From the NCBI GenBank assembly GCA_964454245.1, contig CAYVSX010000001.1, positions 7,379-71,378 of the forward strand: a DNA stretch of 64,000 nucleotides, given 5' to 3'. Position numbers and translations under genes: made by a program. Shown here in pieces: positions 59,263 to 64,000 of this stretch. The DNA comes from an uncultured Candidatus Saccharibacteria bacterium (GTDB lineage: Bacteria > Patescibacteriota > Saccharimonadia > Saccharimonadales > Saccharimonadaceae). How positions within the stretch are numbered: position 1 is the first letter of the stretch; every line of letters begins with the position of its first letter. The notes under the pieces were generated by a model. It had not been told where the DNA came from, did not search any database, and saw only the letters and a list, made by a program, of their open reading frames with translations.

Positions 59263-59970
59263 ATGATTGAGCTTAAAAATATTACCAAAACCTATGGTAA
59301 AAAAGACCATCTGTTTACGGCTCTAAAAGACGTCAACTTTGCCATCCCCGATGGCACTAGTGTGGCGATTTTGGGCAAGTCGGGCAGTGGTAAATCTACC
59401 CTTATGCACGCCATGAGCGGCCTCGACCGGCCACAAAAAGGCGAAGTACTCATTAACGGCCAAGATATCTTGCGCTTAAAAGCCAAAGAGGTCGATAAGT
59501 TCCGCGCCCGCACCATCGGCTTTATATTCCAGAGCTTTTTTGTGCAGGGCAACGAAAGTGTGGCCGATAATGTTAGTCTGCCGCTAGAAATCGCCGATGT
59601 GCCGCGCGGCCAGCGCAAAGCCAAAATCACGGCGGCGCTAGAGAGCGTGGAGTTGCTAGACAAAATCAATAGCAAAGCTAAAAACCTATCGGGTGGTCAA
59701 AAGCAGCGCCTCGCCATCGCGCGCGCCATCGTGAACGAGCCGCAAATTATTTTTGCCGACGAACCTACCGGTAACCTGGATAGCGTCACTGGCGAAAAGG
59801 TCGAGGACATGCTATTTGGCTACAACAAACAAAATGGCGTCACGCTGATTATCGTCACCCACGACCCCGACCTAGCCGCCAAGTGCGATATGCAAATTAA
59901 AATTAAGGATGGTCAAATTGAATCAATTCGTGATTCAAGCGCGGCCAAGCCTGTTAGAAAGGTGCAATAG
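59263..59970 (+). CDS. ABC transporter ATP-binding protein (LolD/MacB-like)
   Basis: [30 protein letters not shown]. Confidence 0.95.
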   Translation: MIELKNITKTYGKKDHLFTALKDVNFAIPDGTSVAILGKSGSGKSTLMHAMSGLDRPQKGEVLINGQDILRLKAKEVDKFRARTIGFIFQSFFVQGNESVADNVSLPLEIADVPRGQRKAKITAALESVELLDKINSKAKNLSGGQKQRLAIARAIVNEPQIIFADEPTGNLDSVTGEKVEDMLFGYNKQNGVTLIIVTHDPDLAAKCDMQIKIKDGQIESIRDSSAAKPVRKVQ

Positions 59971-59978
59971 CCTACACA

Positions 59979-61358
59979 ATGAAAATAACCGACACCATCC
60001 GAAGAGCTGGCCGGAGCCTCCGCCAAGCTAAAGCGCGCACGTTACTTACTAGTCTGGCAATTGCGGTGGGCGGGTTTACGCTTACGCTGGCACTCGCGGC
60101 TGGAGCCGGTTCGCGCCAATACGCCGATAAGATTATCTCTAGCAATATCGACCCGCAAATGCTGATGGTGGTGAAGGATAAAACGTTATTTGGTGATACT
60201 GGCTCGGGAGCGACTAATCTTGGGGGCGGCTTACGCGAATATTCTGAAACAGCCACATCGTATGCTGGTATGACATTGAAAGCCTTATCCAGTGATGACC
60301 TGAAAATTATCGAGAATAACCCTAATATTGAAAAGGTCACACCCACTTATTTGGTTAATGCTCAATATGTTGCCTTTGCTGCTAAATCTGATAAAAAATA
60401 TACCACCGACATCACGGTATTTGATACGTCGGTTCGGCCCGAAATCATTGCTGGTAGCCTGCCCGGCGATAAGCGGCAAATTGCCGATGACGAAGTGGTC
60501 GTGCCAGAGGCATTTCTATCGACATTGGGCGTGGGCGATGCACAAAAATTTGTCGGTACTAATGTAACTGTACGTCTTGCCAAGGCACCGGCGCAGTTAA
60601 GCGAGCAGCAAGTGCAAGAGATTATTGCCAAAGAGGGCATGGCGGGACTAGAAAAGTACACTAAGCCCGAAACACGCGATGTTACACTGAAGGTCCGTGC
60701 CGTCAGCAAGCAGTCCGTTACATCGCTGAGTGCCAGTAGTGCGCTATTCATTGCTGAAAACACCGCGCGCGATTTATCAGATTATCTTACCAAAGGCACC
60801 AGCCAATATCGCAGCTACATCACGGTTATGGCACTGGTAAAGCAGGGGGTAGACCCAGCACACGTTAAAGCGCAGCTGGCCGACAAAGAGATTTATGCCA
60901 TGACCGCCAAAGATGTGCAGGGTATGCTGTTTACCATCGTAAACCTTATTCAGGGTATTGTGATTGGTTTTGGCGTGTTAGCACTTATTGCGAGTATTTT
61001 TGGTATCATCAACACCCAGTACATTAGCGTACTAGAGCGTACGCAGCAAATCGGCCTCATGAAAGCTCTTGGCATGCGCGGGCGCGATGTTAGCAAGCTG
61101 TTCCGCTACGAAGCCGCCTGGATAGGCTTTTTGGGCGGCGTGATTGGCGCTGTGCTAGCTTGGGGTGCAGGAACGGCGCTGAACCCTTGGATTACCGATA
61201 CAATCGGCCTTGGTGAAGGGAACTATTTGTTACTCTATCAACCCTTGCCAATCGCGATATTGATTACGACACTTGTTATTGTCGCCATTGCTGCTGGTTA
61301 CTTCCCGGCACGTAAAGCCGCCAAGCTAGATCCGATCGAAGCCTTACGAACTGAGTAG
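59979..61358 (+). CDS. ABC transporter permease (MacB/FtsX family)
   Basis: RTLLTSLAI, large extracellular domain, SVLERTQQIGLMKALG, PARKAAKLDPIEALR. Confidence 0.92.
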   Translation: MKITDTIRRAGRSLRQAKARTLLTSLAIAVGGFTLTLALAAGAGSRQYADKIISSNIDPQMLMVVKDKTLFGDTGSGATNLGGGLREYSETATSYAGMTLKALSSDDLKIIENNPNIEKVTPTYLVNAQYVAFAAKSDKKYTTDITVFDTSVRPEIIAGSLPGDKRQIADDEVVVPEAFLSTLGVGDAQKFVGTNVTVRLAKAPAQLSEQQVQEIIAKEGMAGLEKYTKPETRDVTLKVRAVSKQSVTSLSASSALFIAENTARDLSDYLTKGTSQYRSYITVMALVKQGVDPAHVKAQLADKEIYAMTAKDVQGMLFTIVNLIQGIVIGFGVLALIASIFGIINTQYISVLERTQQIGLMKALGMRGRDVSKLFRYEAAWIGFLGGVIGAVLAWGAGTALNPWITDTIGLGEGNYLLLYQPLPIAILITTLVIVAIAAGYFPARKAAKLDPIEALRTE

Positions 61359-61454
61359 GGGCTCCGCCACGTTCCGCGGCTCCGAAACTTCACGATTGAA
61401 AACAAGTTTTCATCGGAAGATTTCCTTGCGAACAGCCACCGGCTGTTCTCACCC
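61357..61454 (+). repeat. Structured ~100-nt dispersed element, copy B
   Basis: Homologous to the reverse complement of 12156-12256; followed by a hairpin at 61458-61489. Confidence 0.8.
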
Positions 61455-61530
61455 TCCAATCGTTTGCGGAATAAATCCGCCAAACGATTTCCACCCCGCT
61501 AAAGCTCGGCTAACGCCTCGTTAGTAGGGG

Positions 61531-62388
61531 CTATTTGCCGTATTGCTGGCTGTAAAGTTCGCGTACCAGCTTAGTGAAGTCGGCAGCATAATCATCTGAC
61601 ACGCCTAAAATATCAGCAACCTTGCCGGCATTATAATTTTGCAGCACAAGCGTTTTGCTGCGTGGGCGAATACCTAGCTCGCGTAGGGCTAGCGCACCCA
61701 CCACCTTTTTCATCGAAAATGGGTCTGGCTGCAGTAAAGATATTTCGGTGTTGGCACGGGCGGTAGTGTCTAGCAAGCTGGCAATTTTGCCAAAGCCACC
61801 ACGCCAATCTTCAGTGATTGCGCCACCAGTCGGGAATATGGCTACAGCGCCGCCATCGGCTACCGTGTTTGCGGCATTGTTTAAGGCATCGCTATTTATT
61901 TGGCGCAGTGTATCCACTGGCAGGTTAAATGCCCCGGGGAACTTGTGCTTATAGTAATAGGCGTGCGGGTTTTCAGCCAGTGTTGGCTGGTATTGGTCAG
62001 ATAAGCCAGTGTGCATGACTGGTATGATGCTATCGACGCCGGCGGGGCCGGAATCTTGCATTAGCCGCCCAGCAAACGAATCGGGCTGGGCGATAACGCG
62101 CATCGAATCACGCCCGGCCTTGCTGGCAAGGGCCTGTACTAGTAATGGTTCGATCCTTTGGCTATGGTCGCCGGCGAGTAGTAGGCCGCCATTTGTAGAG
62201 GGCAAATCGCCTTCGATTTCAACCTTTATGCCACTGTCCTCTAGTGTAGACGTAACCGCATCGGCAAAGCACATAGTTTCAGCAGCGCGGCCCAACCGCT
62301 TAGCGAACCCAGGGGTGAAGCTAAAGGGTAGGTGGAGTTGATCGCGATTGTATGGTGGTTGCTCGCGGCTGGATGTTTGTTTTTTCAT
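61531..62388 (-). CDS. PlsC/GPAT-like acyltransferase (divergent)
   Basis: LLLAGDHSQRIE (HX4E instead of HX4D) and AIFPTG (instead of FPEG). Confidence 0.6.
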   Translation of the reverse strand: MKKQTSSREQPPYNRDQLHLPFSFTPGFAKRLGRAAETMCFADAVTSTLEDSGIKVEIEGDLPSTNGGLLLAGDHSQRIEPLLVQALASKAGRDSMRVIAQPDSFAGRLMQDSGPAGVDSIIPVMHTGLSDQYQPTLAENPHAYYYKHKFPGAFNLPVDTLRQINSDALNNAANTVADGGAVAIFPTGGAITEDWRGGFGKIASLLDTTARANTEISLLQPDPFSMKKVVGALALRELGIRPRSKTLVLQNYNAGKVADILGVSDDYAADFTKLVRELYSQQYGK

Positions 62389-62462
62389 GTTTACTCTTCT
62401 ATTATAGCAAATTTATGCAAAAAAGTCAATAGCGGCCGGGGCAGATATGATATAATGATGAC

Positions 62463-63758
62463 ATGTTAGACATCCGATTCATCAGGGAAAATCCCGAGCG
62501 TGTCCAAGAGGCCGCTGCACAAAAAGGTTATAAGGTAAATATACCAGAGCTTTTGAGTGCCGATGAATCGCGCCGTGAGCTGCAGACTAAGGCGGATGAG
62601 CTGCGCACTAAGCGTAACGAAATCTCAGGGCAAATGAAGGGCGGTAAGCCCACACCAGAATTGATAGAGCAGGGTAAGGCGATCAAGACCGAACTGGCTG
62701 AAGTAGAGGATCATTTACGCGTCGTCGATGAAACGTATACTGCTTTACTGAAAGCAGTGCCCAATATGCCTGCAAGCGACGTGCCGGTGGGCAAGAGCGA
62801 AGACGAAAACGTTGAGGTAAAGGTAGTGGGCAATATCCCTCAGTTTGCTTTTACGCCGAAAAATCACTACGAAATCGCCGAGGCAAAAGGCTGGCTAGAT
62901 AAGAACCGGGCCGCTAAAGTATCGGGCGCGCGCTTTGCCTACGTTATGGGCGACCTCGTACTGCTGCAGCAAGCCATTATTCAGTTTGTTATGGCAACGC
63001 TTTCTAGCCCTGATAAAATCAAAGAAATCGCAGAGGGCGCCGGCTTGGATATCGATACCAAAGCATTTGTGCCTGTTTTGCCACCGCTAATGATCCGCAC
63101 TGAGCCGTACGACCAAATGGACCGCCTAGAGCCACGCGACGACCGCTACAAAATTGAGGGCGAGGAGCTGTGGCTGCAAGGTAGTGCCGAGCATGTGCTA
63201 GGTAGTATGCACGCTGGCGAGATTTTTGACGCCAAGCAGCTGCCGCTACGCTACCTAGGGTTTGCCACTAGCTTTCGTAAAGAGGCCGGGACTTACGGTA
63301 AAGACATGGAAGGCTTGATACGCATGCATCAGTTCGACAAGCTGGAAATGGAGAGCTTTGCTGAGAGCAAAGATAGTTATAACGAACATTTGCTGTTTGT
63401 GGCGATTCAGGAATATTTGCTGCAACAGCTGGGGCTGCCATACCATGTGCTGATGAAGTGTACGGCTGATATTGGCAAGCCAAACGCCCGCGGTGTAGAC
63501 ATGGAAGTGTGGCTGCCAGGGCAGGGAAAATACCGTGAAACCCACACCGCCGACTATATGACCGATTACCAAGCGCGGCGTTTGCAAACCCGCGTACGTA
63601 CCGATAGCGGAGTTGAGCTGATTCATACTAACGATGCCACCGCCTTTGCGCTGGGCCGCGCCATGGTGGCGATTATAGAAAATTACCAAACCGCCGAAGG
63701 TGATGTGGTAGTGCCAATGGTATTGCGCCCATACTTTGCTGGCCACGAAAAAATTTAG
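62463..63758 (+). CDS. serS: Serine--tRNA ligase
   Basis: MLDIRFIRENP, FRKEAG, HQFDKLE, TAFALGR. Confidence 0.97.
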   Translation: MLDIRFIRENPERVQEAAAQKGYKVNIPELLSADESRRELQTKADELRTKRNEISGQMKGGKPTPELIEQGKAIKTELAEVEDHLRVVDETYTALLKAVPNMPASDVPVGKSEDENVEVKVVGNIPQFAFTPKNHYEIAEAKGWLDKNRAAKVSGARFAYVMGDLVLLQQAIIQFVMATLSSPDKIKEIAEGAGLDIDTKAFVPVLPPLMIRTEPYDQMDRLEPRDDRYKIEGEELWLQGSAEHVLGSMHAGEIFDAKQLPLRYLGFATSFRKEAGTYGKDMEGLIRMHQFDKLEMESFAESKDSYNEHLLFVAIQEYLLQQLGLPYHVLMKCTADIGKPNARGVDMEVWLPGQGKYRETHTADYMTDYQARRLQTRVRTDSGVELIHTNDATAFALGRAMVAIIENYQTAEGDVVVPMVLRPYFAGHEKI

Positions 63759-63822
63759 TACCTAGTATCTAGCGCTTGTGCTATAATAAAAGTACAAAAC
63801 GGTTAAACGAAGGAGGTCAAAC

Positions 63823-63999
63823 GTGATCGAAAATGTTGATATAACCGGAGTCGGCGCTTACAAGCTAGACGATACTACTAGTAAATACATCCGCAAAAAA
63901 ATCGGTAGCCTAGATAGGCTGGCGCCGCGCCATGCGCGCAAGAGTATGCGAGCCGAGGTAAAGGTGGCTGAGGTTAATCGCGACAAGGGTAATAAATAC
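63823..63999 (+). CDS. hpf: Ribosome hibernation factor HPF/RaiA (3'-truncated; absent from the ORF track)
   Basis: AGGAGG RBS, GTG start, translates MIENVDITGVGAYKLDDTTSKYIRKKIGSLDR..., like the RaiA N-terminus. Confidence 0.7.
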   Translation, partial: MIENVDITGVGAYKLDDTTSKYIRKKIGSLDRLAPRHARKSMRAEVKVAEVNRDKGNKY

Positions 64000-64000
64000 G

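Overview
A ~64 kb bacterial chromosomal window, most consistent with a Patescibacteria (CPR) genome of the Saccharibacteria (TM7) group. That assignment is inferred from gene content and synteny: DUF5663-like proteins, Cys-free NrdR, short ProRS, and a tsf-frr-uppS-rseP cluster lacking pyrH/cdsA/dxr. Most of the window is housekeeping: fmt, def, priA, recJ, rpsU, adk, map, maf, ftsAZ, nrdR, ileS, rplU, parAB, lepB, htrA, prmC, prfA, rpmE2, rpsB, tsf, frr, uppS, rseP, proB, proS, greA, lysS, serS and a partial hpf. Accessory genes are interspersed. The main leads are: (1) large Pro/Glu-rich helical proteins with Gly/Ala hydrophobic segments, one fused to a GT-A glycosyltransferase, repeatedly followed by small acidic proteins including three DUF5663-like paralogs, which may be effector-chaperone/immunity cassettes; (2) a dispersed ~100-nt three-hairpin element present twice with compensatory base changes; (3) a ~670-bp nested palindromic intergenic structure; (4) near-absence of TGA stops (1 of 62 genes, counted by hand); (5) pervasive extended -10 boxes 6-12 nt before start codons, suggesting leaderless mRNAs; (6) a T-box-like ileS leader; (7) candidate clan-CD peptidase and tandem metallophosphoesterase proteins. 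No tRNA, rRNA, CRISPR array or transposase was recognised. All family calls come from motif recognition by eye, not from database searches.
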